Assembly: GCA_002269645.1 (NCBI GenBank)
Contig: NIVC01000706.1
Span: forward strand, 1-64,000
From: Macrostomum lignano
Lineage: Eukaryota
DNA: 64,000 bases
Direction of reading: 5' to 3'
Shown here one piece after another: positions 25,201 through 35,149 of the stretch (the first letter of the stretch is position 1; every line of letters starts with the position of its first letter). A program made the translations under genes and the position numbers. The notes below the pieces were generated by a model. That model worked only from the letters and a program-made list of their open reading frames with translations, did no database searches and was not told where the DNA came from.

Positions 25201-28200
25201 TGACTGATATCTAATTTAGCGCGTCTAATACCTAATTTAGCGTCGACGATACCTAATTTAGCGTGACTGATGCCTAATTTAGCGTGAATGATATCAAAAG
25301 TGATATAACTGATACCTAATTTATCGTGACTGATACCTAATTTAGCGTGACTGATACCTTATTTACTGTGACTGATGCCTAATTTAGCGTGACTGATGCC
25401 TAATTTAGCGTGAATGATATCAAAAGTGATATAACTGATACCTAATTTATCGTGACTGATACCTAATTTAGCGTGACTGATACCTTATTTACTGTGACTG
25501 ATACCTTATTTACTGTGACTGATGCCTAATTTAGCGTGACTGATGCCTAATTTAGCGTGAATGATATCAAAAGTGATATAACTGATACCTAATTTATCGT
25601 GACTGATACCTAATTTAGCGTGACTGATACCTTATTTACTGTGACTGATACCTTATTTACTGTGACTGATGCCTAATTTAGCGTGACTGATGCCTAATTT
25701 AGCGTGAATGATATCAAAAGTGATATAACTGATACCTAATTTATCGTGACTGATACCTAATTTAGCGTGACTGATACCTTATTTACTGTGACTGATACCT
25801 TATTTACTGTGACTGATGCCTAATTTAGCGTGACTAATGCATAAGTTGGCAGAACTCATACCTAATTTAGCTGGAGTGGTACCTCATTTCAAGTAGAGTT
25901 CAGTAAGCAATAAAATACGAGTAACTATAGCTGCAGTGGTCCTGGACCCAGCAGCCTAAAATGTTACCCAATGTGATTACGATCCATATCCAGTACAAAT
26001 ATGCTAACTATCTATATAGTTTCGTGTCCTCAAATGTCGTTGGGACAGTAAACTCTGGCAAAAGTTTATTGCATATCATGACTTCTGGAAGGAACCAGAA
26101 ATTTCTTGTTTACGAGTAAAAGCAAACATACACCAATTTCAAATGCTGATAATAACACTCTAGCCTGTAAAACAGTTCCCTGTATACTGGAAAGGAACAA
26201 GTGTTATACTCAAGAAACCTGCGCACGAGCTTATTGCTTGAATAAATTCAGATAAGAAGATTCACTGCAACATACATACAGCTGGTTGGACTTGGACTTT
26301 CGGGTCCATATTCAAGTGAGCTGCAAAACAACATGCGTTAATTGACTGACTTTGTAATCAGATACCAGATGGTTCTCTGGTATGCATGGCGTGACTTATG
26401 GTCTGAGTTGAAGTGGTATTCTATCAAACTTTATGCATAAAAAACTTGAGCTTCAATTTTGGTCATAACTATTTTAAAGTGACTTTCTTTACTAAATAAA
26501 AATCTTCATGACTCTACGAAATTCTGTGTGGCAAAGTAATAAATACTATGCTATTTTGAGTCAGTCGCACGCAGAAGCCACGCGAGCTAAAAGCATAGTT
26601 GGGGTAACTCTAGACTGCTTTCGAGCCACTGTGTGCAGCGTAATTTTTTACACATATTTCTTTACGTACAATAGCTTCTACAGGTAGGCATTATGCTTTT
26701 ACCAGTTATTGCATGCTCCCATTAGAAAAGAAAACTAGCTTGCACAGCTTTGCTCTCTGTTTCATTTGCAAGTCGGTTTATTTGCATGCAGAAGGTTACC
26801 GAATTGCCTCGAGTTAAGTACTGTGAGCTAACTATAGTGTTATTATACTCACCCCGCTTGTGATGTACACGGGCAGGAACACCCAGCCAAGTAGTTGCAG
26901 CAGGATGCAGGCCTGAAATTTTGTTATACTGGATAGTGACAACTGGATAAAGACTTCATATATAAAGACCTTGATATAAAACGGGCGGAGAAAGACTAGT
27001 AATGATGACGGCAAAGTCTTCCAGCTTCTGAGTCCTCAGCACTCACGTTCAATTCGAAGGCGCCGATGCTGATCCCGGAAGCTGCCCCGGAGCCAGCCAG
27101 CCCGATGAAGTGCTCGCTGCCGATGTTGCTGGCGAATAGGGAGGCACCAATCTGAAGCCAGTGGTGACGCGGAATTGTTGGAACTTTGCCCCCTTCACAT
27201 GATAAACAACCGACACAGTTGATCGCGTATAAATATGCTGCTCACCGGGAGCCAGGTCATGTGACGGCCAGCCAGAAAGTAGCCCTTAACAGTTCCGCGC
27301 TTCGTGATGCACATCGACTGAACAAGATTAAAATAATACCAACGAAAAATAATTTCTACACGTAAGCTAGATCAGGGAGTTCTCTTTTATGAAAGCAATA
27401 ATAATAATAATAATAATGTTAATTTACACCTGCGCCAATTGCGCCATATAGTTCGTATGCAACCGACAGCTCAGCCGCAGCTATTGCGCGGTGCAGCTGA
27501 AGGCTGCGTACGGCTGTTCAGTCCACAGGACTGGGGGGTCGCCACACTGGTGAGGGGGGGGGGATCGCCAAACACACAGCCTCAATTACCCCAGCTAATG
27601 CTGGCACCCATTTTACAGCTGGGTGAACTGAAGCAATGCAGAGTTAAGTGTCGTGCTCAAGGAAACAAATTGTTCCAGTGGGATCGGGAATCGAACCCCG
27701 TACCTTCAAGTCTGGAGTCCGACATTCTAGCCACTACAATAACCCCCCTTAGTATTTAATATATAAATATAGCTATATATATACATATACATATACAATA
27801 TACATATACATATATAAATATTATTACATATAGCAATAATGTAATAAATGTATAGCACAATGAAACAAAACGTACTAAAGGAACTATTCAAAAACAAACA
27901 ATAGTATAATGACTTAAAATGATAGAAAAAATTGGAATGCATATACATTCAAATGCATTTTATAATTTTATACCGTAGAATCCAAAATTATGCAAATCTT
28001 TTAAAAGCCTTGAAATTCATGAAAATACTATTGATTATCAAGGAAAACAAAATCATTTTTAAAATACATAACATTTTAAGAAAATATAAAAGTAAAGTTA
28101 TAAGAAATTTTTCTACAGAGAGTGAAATCAACTGGCTAAAATGGATAAGCTATAGCTACATGTAATTTTAACACTCACAAAGACTCCAGTGATGACCACA

Positions 28201-28271
28201 AGCACGAAATAGCCAACGAAAATGGCTATGTCAAGTCCTTCTAGACCAGATGCATGAGCTATTGACGTCAT
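19287..28271 (-). CDS. SLC5A3: Sodium:solute symporter (SLC5), SMIT1/SLC5A3-like Na+/myo-inositol cotransporter, 14 exons, about 685 aa
   Basis: Exons (minus, GT-AG, phases consistent): 28271-28179, 27317-27246, 27151-27047, 26912-26853, 24581-24477, 24375-24270, 23677-23597, 23388-23156, 22925-22790, 22213-22106, 22040-21890, 21240-21072, 20582-20234, 19576-19287 (2058 nt). Motifs [78 protein letters not shown]. The last intron boundaries are the least certain. The symbol marks the closest recalled vertebrate relative, not proven orthology. Confidence 0.93.
19700..20055. repeat. 25-bp minisatellite (GACTGATTGTCTGTTTGCATCTAGG)n in SLC5 intron 13
   Basis: Direct inspection. Confidence 0.95.
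20604..20905. repeat. 20-bp minisatellite (GTTGAGTCGAGTTGAGTAGG)n in SLC5 intron 12
   Basis: Direct inspection. Confidence 0.95.
21384..21725 (+). mobile_element. tRNA-derived SINE, family B, near full length
   Basis: Head GGGGGCCGTAGCCCAGTGGTCGAGCGCGG (A box), with the B box partly deleted relative to the 52315 copy. Flanked by near-identical TAGAAGGGGTGTTTC (21366-80) and TAGAAAGGGTGTTTC (21726-40), a possible TSD. Confidence 0.82.
22397..22649 (-). mobile_element. SINE family B, 5'-truncated copy, inverted relative to the 21384 copy
   Basis: Reverse complement matches AAGTGCAG..GCATTAATTTGGG.CTGAATTGGAATCTCGGCTTGGCTCTGCTCGTGCAATTAACG...CATGCCTAACGATAAATAAAGT...GCAGTAATGCCTCTC.CCGGTTGTGTGA. 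Confidence 0.85.
23705..23974 (-). mobile_element. SINE family A, copy 2 (SLC5 intron 6)
   Basis: Aligns by eye to 677-971. Head TAGCCTAGTGATTAGAGCGTCGGA, B box GGTTCGATTCT. Confidence 0.85.
24640..25870. repeat. About 21-bp minisatellite (GTGACTGATACCTAATTTAGC variants) with higher-order repeats, SLC5 intron 4
   Basis: Variant units recur in a fixed order at about 25260-25830. Confidence 0.93.
27397..27736 (-). mobile_element. SINE family A, copy 3 (SLC5 intron 1), with a long (ATT)n tail
   Basis: Aligns to 677-971. (AAT)n at 27397-27417. Confidence 0.85.
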
Positions 28272-28765
28272 ACTATTCGTTTCTATATGAAAATAAAAAT
28301 AATAGGAAAGGAAAGCTGAATGCTTATGGTATCGAGTTCAAAATATTTAATATTGTAATTCCGTGCTACTATAAAGATAAAATTGCAAAAATCATAGCCC
28401 AAGTGTAAAAGAGCTGCAGTAAATACTCCTGGAAGTAAAAAAAAACAGGTTTATACCGGTATACTCGGTCAAACTATATTTGTAGGACTGATTTTGTTAT
28501 AACCAGTATAAATAAACGAATTTATTTCTGGTAATTTTGATTCAACTGAAATCAAGTTCATTTCGATTTGATCGAAACAGCTTGTTCTTTTAGCTCGTAA
28601 TTGTAAGCTCAATTACCTTTGATTATATCTACATAAAATAATAAACTGTAGGTACCTACCTAGAAAAGCTAAACTAAATCAAACGCTATAAGAGTGGGTT
28701 TGGCACGTAGTTGCAAAAACACAACTCATTTTAGGGGCAGCTTTCTCCATAAAAATCAAAACGGA

Positions 28766-30856
28766 TGTAGTGAAACTACAACTTGACTTAGATTCGAATT
28801 GCAATATATTTTATGAGTTAAAGACGAGAGGGCTTGGGGCGAGAAACTTAACTGCGAGAAAGAACTGTAAAAGGAAATTAGTCTATGGTAATTTATGACA
28901 AACTGAGTTGCAAATAAAAAGTACAACAAAATACCCATACGACTCCCCCCTCCAATTGCGGAGCACGGGGAAAAGAGACTGTAACTGAATTATAAAATGG
29001 TGGAATGGCTTAAATTATTGAAACGAAGCGGTTATACAGTTGAAATACGAGCTAAATTTTATATGAAGGGTTGAACATTGAGAAATATTGAGAACATTGG
29101 AACAGCAGTCAGTAGACGTTATACATTACAAGGTTAATAATAAATGTAATCATTATGGCGTCGGAATTGGACTCGGCGGCCGCTAGAGGTCGCTCTAGGA
29201 GGTGATGAGTCCACCGGTTCCTTTGGTTTGGCGGCTTTTTCCGGCAGCGAGTTCGCGGCCGGCTGAACAGCCGACTTCGGAAGCGAAAGTCGCGCCGGCT
29301 TGAGGCGATCGATAGAGACAGATTCGGTGTTGCCTGACGGTAGGAAAATAACGAAGAACTTGTCAGTTCGCTGTTTCACGCGATACGGCCCTGAGTACGG
29401 CGCCTCGAGCGGCGACCGCACGCGATCGACCCGAACCCAGACGAATTCAGCCATTTCCAGGTCCTTGGGTACGTAGCTCCGTGGTTCGTGCGTCTTCGCG
29501 TGTGGACTCGGTAACTCTGTCAGCAGTTCCTGCAGCCGTGTCCGAATGTCCGTTGGGGCGAGTGGTTCAGAAGTTAGAATGCGCGGAACCATCGGAAGCT
29601 CGCCCGTAACCCTGGTGAACGGTGATATTCCTTGGTCGTCAGGTGCGACGTGCATCGCGAGGAGAGCCACAGGTAGGTCTGTCAGCCAGTCATTGCCTCG
29701 AGCACGTAGCATCGTCTTCAGGGTGCGATGGGCTCGCTCGACCTTGCCATTGGTTTGAGGGTGGTAGGCCGTTGTGCGTAATCGATGAAAACCAATTGAT
29801 GACGAGACCGAGTGAAAGAATTCTGATTCGAACTGGCGCCCCCGATCAGTGATTACATACAGTGGCACTCCGTAGCGCGAGACCCAAGACGAGACGAATG
29901 CATGGGCGACTACTTCCGCGGTTATTGATTCCAGTGGTGTAGCTTCTAGCCAGCCAGTCGAGCGGTCGACCATCGTGAGAAGGTAGCGAGCAGACTGGTG
30001 GCCAAAGGTGGTAGCATTAGCTGGTGGAAGTGGTCCCACAATATCGATGTGTACCGCCTCAAAGCGATTTGATGGTAATGCGAAGGCCTGTTGCGGGGAG
30101 ACAGTGTGGCGAGTGACTTTACTCCGTTGGCAGTCCTGGCAGTTCCAGCAGTAGGTCTTGATGGACTTGCGCATTCCGGGCCAAAAGTAACGTTCTGTGA
30201 TGAGTTTTGCTGTTTTACGGTAGCCGAAATGACCAAGTCGATGGAAGGAAGCAATCACGGCGTCGCGGAGGGACGGCGGAATGATCGGGCGAGGATACGG
30301 CGTTGACGTCTCACACCAAACGACGACGTCTTTGTCCAGAGAATACGATCGAATATTTGGTGCAGCTGAGAACGACTCCGGTCGTTGTGCTTCAGCGATA
30401 CTGGGCAAATCAACAGGGAATTGGCTTGATGGGGCAGCGACTACAGCGACTGTTGCGATGTTGGACACGTGATCATTCACTGGGAAGTCAGGCAGTCGAG
30501 AAAGGGCATCAGCTATTACGTTGTCTGCACCGCGAATGTACTGGACATCTGCCACGTACTCGGACAAGACGGTCAAGTAGCGCTGATTGCGATCTGACGT
30601 AGTGGTGCGATTGGCGTGGAAGGCCTGAGCTAGTGGTTTATGATCGGTGAACAAGGTCACGCTCCGCCTCACCGGACCAATTTGTAGTGAAACTACAACT
30701 TGACTTAGATTCGAATTGCAATATATTTTATGAGTTAAAGACGAGAGGGCTTGGGGCGAGAAACTTAACTGCGAGAAAGAACTGTAAAAGGAAATTAGTC
30801 TATGGTAATTTATGACAAACTGAGTTGCAAATAAAAAGTACAACAAAATACCCATA
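28766..30856 (-). mobile_element. Ty3/gypsy LTR retrotransposon deletion derivative (LTR-PBS-partial RNase H-integrase-PPT-LTR), 2091 bp
   Basis: Two 174-bp LTRs (28766-28939 and 30683-30856) are identical by eye. PBS-like TGGTCCGGTGAGGCGG (30679-30664), PPT GGAGGGGGGAGT (28953-28942), flanking CGGA at 28762-65 and 30857-60. gag, PR and RT are absent. Confidence 0.93.
29134..30663 (-). CDS. Uninterrupted RNase H C-terminus plus gypsy integrase reading frame
   Basis: SVTLFTDHKPL...GADNVIADALSR. HHCC zinc site FHRLGH...CWNCQDC, DDE residues in HIDIVGP / ITDRGRQF / KVERAHR, GPY motif APYSGPY. No stops. Confidence 0.9.
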   Translation of the reverse strand, partial: SVTLFTDHKPLAQAFHANRTTTSDRNQRYLTVLSEYVADVQYIRGADNVIADALSRLPDFPVNDHVSNIATVAVVAAPSSQFPVDLPSIAEAQRPESFSAAPNIRSYSLDKDVVVWCETSTPYPRPIIPPSLRDAVIASFHRLGHFGYRKTAKLITERYFWPGMRKSIKTYCWNCQDCQRSKVTRHTVSPQQAFALPSNRFEAVHIDIVGPLPPANATTFGHQSARYLLTMVDRSTGWLEATPLESITAEVVAHAFVSSWVSRYGVPLYVITDRGRQFESEFFHSVSSSIGFHRLRTTAYHPQTNGKVERAHRTLKTMLRARGNDWLTDLPVALLAMHVAPDDQGISPFTRVTGELPMVPRILTSEPLAPTDIRTRLQELLTELPSPHAKTHEPRSYVPKDLEMAEFVWVRVDRVRSPLEAPYSGPYRVKQRTDKFFVIFLPSGNTESVSIDRLKPARLSLPKSAVQPAANSLPEKAAKPKEPVDSSPPRATSSGRRVQFRRHNDYIYY

Positions 30857-31423
30857 CGGAGATAGGAAGTTTTCATTTTTCATTTTAGTTGTTATGTAAC
30901 CGTACAACCGACAATTTATACATGTAAATCCTTGCCCACAATAAATTGTTTTCACCCTTGTTTCTCATCTTACAATGAATTATATGGCAAGTTTTTTACG
31001 TGATCTAGAAGTTTTATAATATCTGACATAGCTAATGACGTTTCTAGCTGTTCTCCAAACTTTCGGTGGTAATAGTTTCTTATATATGACTCTTTTTCAT
31101 GCACCATAAAGCAAATGATTGTTTTAAACTATTTGCTTTGCATAATACGCTCGTATAACAATGTCACATTGGAACTCAACTCTGAAAATGTTATTTACTC
31201 AAAAAGCAAAGTAATTTCCCGGTGAGAATAAATTAGAGAAGAGGAGTAGAGGAAGACAGATCGGCCAATGAGCATCAGACCATAAAACTCCACCGTGGAC
31301 TTTGCGAGCAACTCCAACTCATCCAATCAGACAATAGCATGAACCTAACTCTCAATCAGACAGTATAAAGAGAGAAGATACTCAATAGATTTATCACCAG
31401 CTATAAACTGACAGACAACAAAT

Positions 31424-32167
31424 ATGCAGCAAATTCACCTCAGCAAACAGCCAGCCGGTGACTATAACAGTTTCACCAGCCAGAACTCGCCTCAGCTGCG
31501 GCAGCAGCATCATCATTTTCACCATCAACCAGTGCAGAGATCGAACAGCTTGCAGCATCCTCGACACCATCATCATCATCAGCAGCAGCAGCAGCATCAG
31601 CAGCTGCTGCTCCACGCTTCATCAAGTCGTCGAGCTTCGGCAGTCAGCGGAATCCAACAGCAGCAGCAGCAGCAGCCAAACTTCGCAGTAATTCAACAGT
31701 TCGGCAGCTACGGCGGCGGCGGCGGCTCCGCTGTTGAAGTCGCAGATGATTTGCCAGCGTCAGCAGCCTCAGCGGAGTCCAGAGCGGAGCTGCAGTGGCG
31801 CTGGAGCCGGCACTGCATGCGCTGCTTCACCTGCGTCCTTCTCGGCTTCGTGCTGGCAGTGGCGGGCGGCACCTGCTTCTATCGGGCCGCCATACTGGCC
31901 GCCGACTCGAGCGAAACTTCGATAACTGGCGGCGAGGACGCCGGGGAGACTGCGGTGTCCATCGGGCGGTACCGCCTGGCCGGGGCCTGGCTGCTGGCGC
32001 TTGGCGCGGCACTCGCCTCCTTCGGCTGCGTTTGGGCGGCGAAGGCCTGGTGTCAGGCCAACCAGACCGGGTGCTACGGCGGCAGCGGCGGCGGCGGCGG
32101 CGGCGGCGGCAATGAGGCAGCTGTTGTTGGGAGCTACGAATTCGCTGCGACAATTGCTATGAAATAA
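31424..32167 (+). CDS. Orphan intronless membrane protein, 247 aa, polyQ/His N-terminus plus two predicted TM helices
   Basis: ATG-to-stop ORF with GC-rich coding-like composition. Hydrophobic segments FTCVLLGFVLAVAGGTCFY and LAGAWLLALGAALASFGCVWAA. No family recognised. Confidence 0.72.
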   Translation: MQQIHLSKQPAGDYNSFTSQNSPQLRQQHHHFHHQPVQRSNSLQHPRHHHHHQQQQQHQQLLLHASSSRRASAVSGIQQQQQQQPNFAVIQQFGSYGGGGGSAVEVADDLPASAASAESRAELQWRWSRHCMRCFTCVLLGFVLAVAGGTCFYRAAILAADSSETSITGGEDAGETAVSIGRYRLAGAWLLALGAALASFGCVWAAKAWCQANQTGCYGGSGGGGGGGGNEAAVVGSYEFAATIAMK

Positions 32168-32249
32168 ATTTTCAGACTGGGATACGAGCGTAATTTGCAT
32201 GTATAATAGTGGATTCAAGCTTTTCTGCTGTCCTTCCAAATCTTGTCAG

Positions 32250-32520
32250 CTGCAGGGACGTCAATTTGGGTGTGTCAGGAGCTTCAATTTGGGTGTGTCA
32301 GGAGCTTCAATTTGGGTGTGTCAGGAGCTTCAATTTGGGTGTGTCAGGAGCTTCAATTTGGGTGTGTCAGGAGCTTCAATTTGGGTGTGTCAGGGACGTA
32401 AATTTGGTTGTGTCAGGAGCTTCAATTTGGGTGTGTCAGGAGCTTCAATTTGGGTGTGTCAGGGACGTAAATTTGGGTGTGTCAGGAGCTTCAATTTGGG
32501 TGTGTCAGGAGCGTCAACGT
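32250..32520. repeat. 23-bp minisatellite (TCAATTTGGGTGTGTCAGGAGCT)n
   Basis: Direct inspection. The unit resembles the 37690 array. Confidence 0.95.
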
Positions 32521-32774
32521 GGCTCTTAAACTGGACAGAAGGAAGGTTCCAAGGATCTTGTGCTTGAAAAACAGCTTTTTTGCTTCTTTTTCGCTACAAT
32601 AAAACTACTAGCCTTCCCACTTTCGTCTGCTAAAGTACAGAAAAACAAACCCTGAACTGAGGTCAGGCATTAATCTTGTTCTTGTCCTATTGATTGGAGA
32701 GAGGTTTGATTATTTTTCGAAACTTCTTGGTGCTGAGTTAAACCTCTAAGCCTTTCTTGGTGCTGAGCTGGTAC

Positions 32775-33700
32775 CTAGGGGCGCAAAGGGGCGCCAAATG
32801 GGCACTAAGAATTAGAGGGGCGCCAAGAATCAGAGGAGCGTCAAGAATCAGAGGGGCGCCAAGAATCAGAGGGGCGTCAAGAATCAGAGGGGCGCCAAGA
32901 ATCAGAGGGGCGCCAAGAATCAGAGGGGCGCCAAGAATCAGAGGGCGCCGAGAATCAAAGGGGTGCCAAGAATCAGAGGGGCGCCAAGAATCAAAGGGGC
33001 GTCAAAAATCAGAGGGGCGCCAAGAATCAAAGGGGCAAGAATCAGAGGGGCGCCAAGAATCAGAGGGGCGCCAAGAATCAGAGGGGCGCCAAGTATCAGA
33101 GGGGCGCCAAGAATCAAAGGGGCGCCAAGTATCAGAGGGGCGCCAAGAATCAAAGGGGCGTCAAAAATCAGAGGGGCGCCAAGAATCAAAGGGGCGCCAA
33201 GTATCAGAGGGGCGCCAAGAATCAAAGGGGCGTCAAAAATCAGAGGGGCGCCAAGAATCAAAGGGGCAAGAATCAGAGGGGCGCCAAGAATCAGAGGGGC
33301 GCCAAGAATCAGAGGGGCGCCAAGTATCAGAGGGGCGCCAAGAATCAAAGGGGCGCCAAGAATCAGAGGGGCGCCAAGAATCAAAGGGGCAAGAATCAGA
33401 GGGGCGCCAAGAATCAGAGGGGCGCCAAGAATCAGAGGGGCGCCAAGTATCAGAGGGGCGCCAAGAATCAAAGGGGCGCCAAGAATCAGAGGGGCGCCAA
33501 GTATCAGAGGGGCGCCAAGAATCAAAGGGGCGCCAAGAATCAGAGGGGCGCCAAGTATCAGAGGGGCGCCAAGAATCAAAGGGGCGCCAAGTATCAGAGG
33601 GGCGCCAAGAATCAGAGGGGCGCAAATGGGCGCCAAAGGGGCGCCAAGAATCAGAGGGGCGCCAAGAATCAGAGGGGCGCCAAGAATCAAGTGGCGTCAG
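32775..33700. repeat. 18-bp minisatellite (GGGGCGCCAAGAATCAGA)n
   Basis: Direct inspection. It explains the ORFs at 32757-33770. Confidence 0.97.
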
Positions 33701-34159
33701 CCGTGCAGTACCCAATTTACTTATGATTAGTTTTTATCCACGATCAGGCGTGGATTACGAGCTATACTAAAAAAGCCGCTAGAATGAGAGTTTAGGCTAC
33801 ATTACTGCAGCTGCTAAATACCTAATTAGCTAATTGAATAGAACTAGCTATCTGAAAACAGACTGAAATAACTAATTAGTGGGAGTGTTTGTAACTATCA
33901 CGAGGTGGCATAGTCTTTTAAGCTATAGAGGCCGCTAAATCGAAAATAACCCGCCACGCATCAAGCTAGCGTACCGCTCTCTTGTATGCCGGCGCACTGT
34001 AATTTGACAATGAAAGCTTTTCACAATCACGTATGCAGTGCCTGCTCGGTTCATAGCGAGGGGAAGTGTTACTAAATGAGGCGCCTCTTTGTTTAACGCA
34101 TGACGTAAGCCAATCTGAGGAAGACGGGATAATTGATTAGATGAGTGCAAGGAGAATAG

Positions 34160-34735
34160 ACTATAGGGGGAGAAGAGTAGAATAGAGTATAGGAGAGTAG
34201 AGTAGGGTATAGGGAGAGTTGAGTAAAGTATGGAGAGGGTAAAGTAGAGCACAGGGAGAGGGGAGTAGAGCACAGGGAGAGGGGAGTAGAGCACAGGGAG
34301 AGGGGAGTAGAGCACCGGGAGAGGGGAGTAGAGCACAGGGAGAGGGGAGTAGAGCACCGGGAGAGCAGGGAGAGCAGGGAGTAGAGCACAGGGAGAGGGG
34401 AGTAGAGCACAGGGAGAGGGGAGTAGAGCACAGGGAGAGGGGAGTAGAGCACAGGGAGAGGGGAGTAGAGCACCGGGAGAGCAGGGAGAGCAGGGAGTAG
34501 AGCACAGGGAGAGGGGAGTAGAGCACAGGGAGAGGGGAGTAGAGCACAGGGAGAGGGGAGTAGAGCACAGGGAGAGGGGAGTAGAGCACAGGGAGAGGGG
34601 AGTAGAGCACAGGGAGAGGGGAGTAGAGCACAGGGAGAGGGGAGTAGAGCACAGGGAGAGGGGAGTAGAGCACAGGGAGAGGGGAGTAGAGCACAGGGAG
34701 AGGGGAGTAGAGCACCGGGAGAGCAGGGAGTAGAG
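34160..34735. repeat. 21-bp purine-rich minisatellite (GGAGTAGAGCACAGGGAGAGG)n
   Basis: Direct inspection. Confidence 0.96.
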
Positions 34736-35149
34736 GTCGGCACGAAGAGCAGAGTCCCTAAGCACCAGTCAGTCAGGAATAAATCAGACACGAACAAGCA
34801 TAAAGCAACAAGGCGGATGCGGAAGCAGAGGATCAGACAAAACGAGGAGAAACAGCATCGAGGCTGACTGTCAGAGCTTTGAGGATGGAGCTTGCGTGAC
34901 TGACAAGCGTTCGAGTTCAATCTAATAAAGAGTATGGACACAGGTTACTCTTTCAGAAGAGAGCGATGAGCTGAGCTGAGCTTGGCATGACGTCATTCTC
35001 ATAACAAGCTTATCCAATTGTGCTGGAACTCACCATGAGGCTAAATCACTTGGCTTGGAAAAGGTTTTTTGTATTACTGTGCAGTCCTGAGCGTGCGGGT
35101 GCAAACAGGACTGATAGATCAACGGTCACGGAAAGCATAGGTAACCTGA

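Noticed and set aside
30683-30876. First about 65 codons of track ORF 29134-30876 as a host membrane domain
   Set aside because: The sequence is the LTR itself, with an identical copy at 28766-28939. It is discussed only as a possible fusion.
30857-30890. GGAGATAGGAAGTTTT(T)CAT shared with about 61103-61125
   Set aside because: The match is only about 25 bp of AT-rich sequence and does not extend; it cannot define an element.
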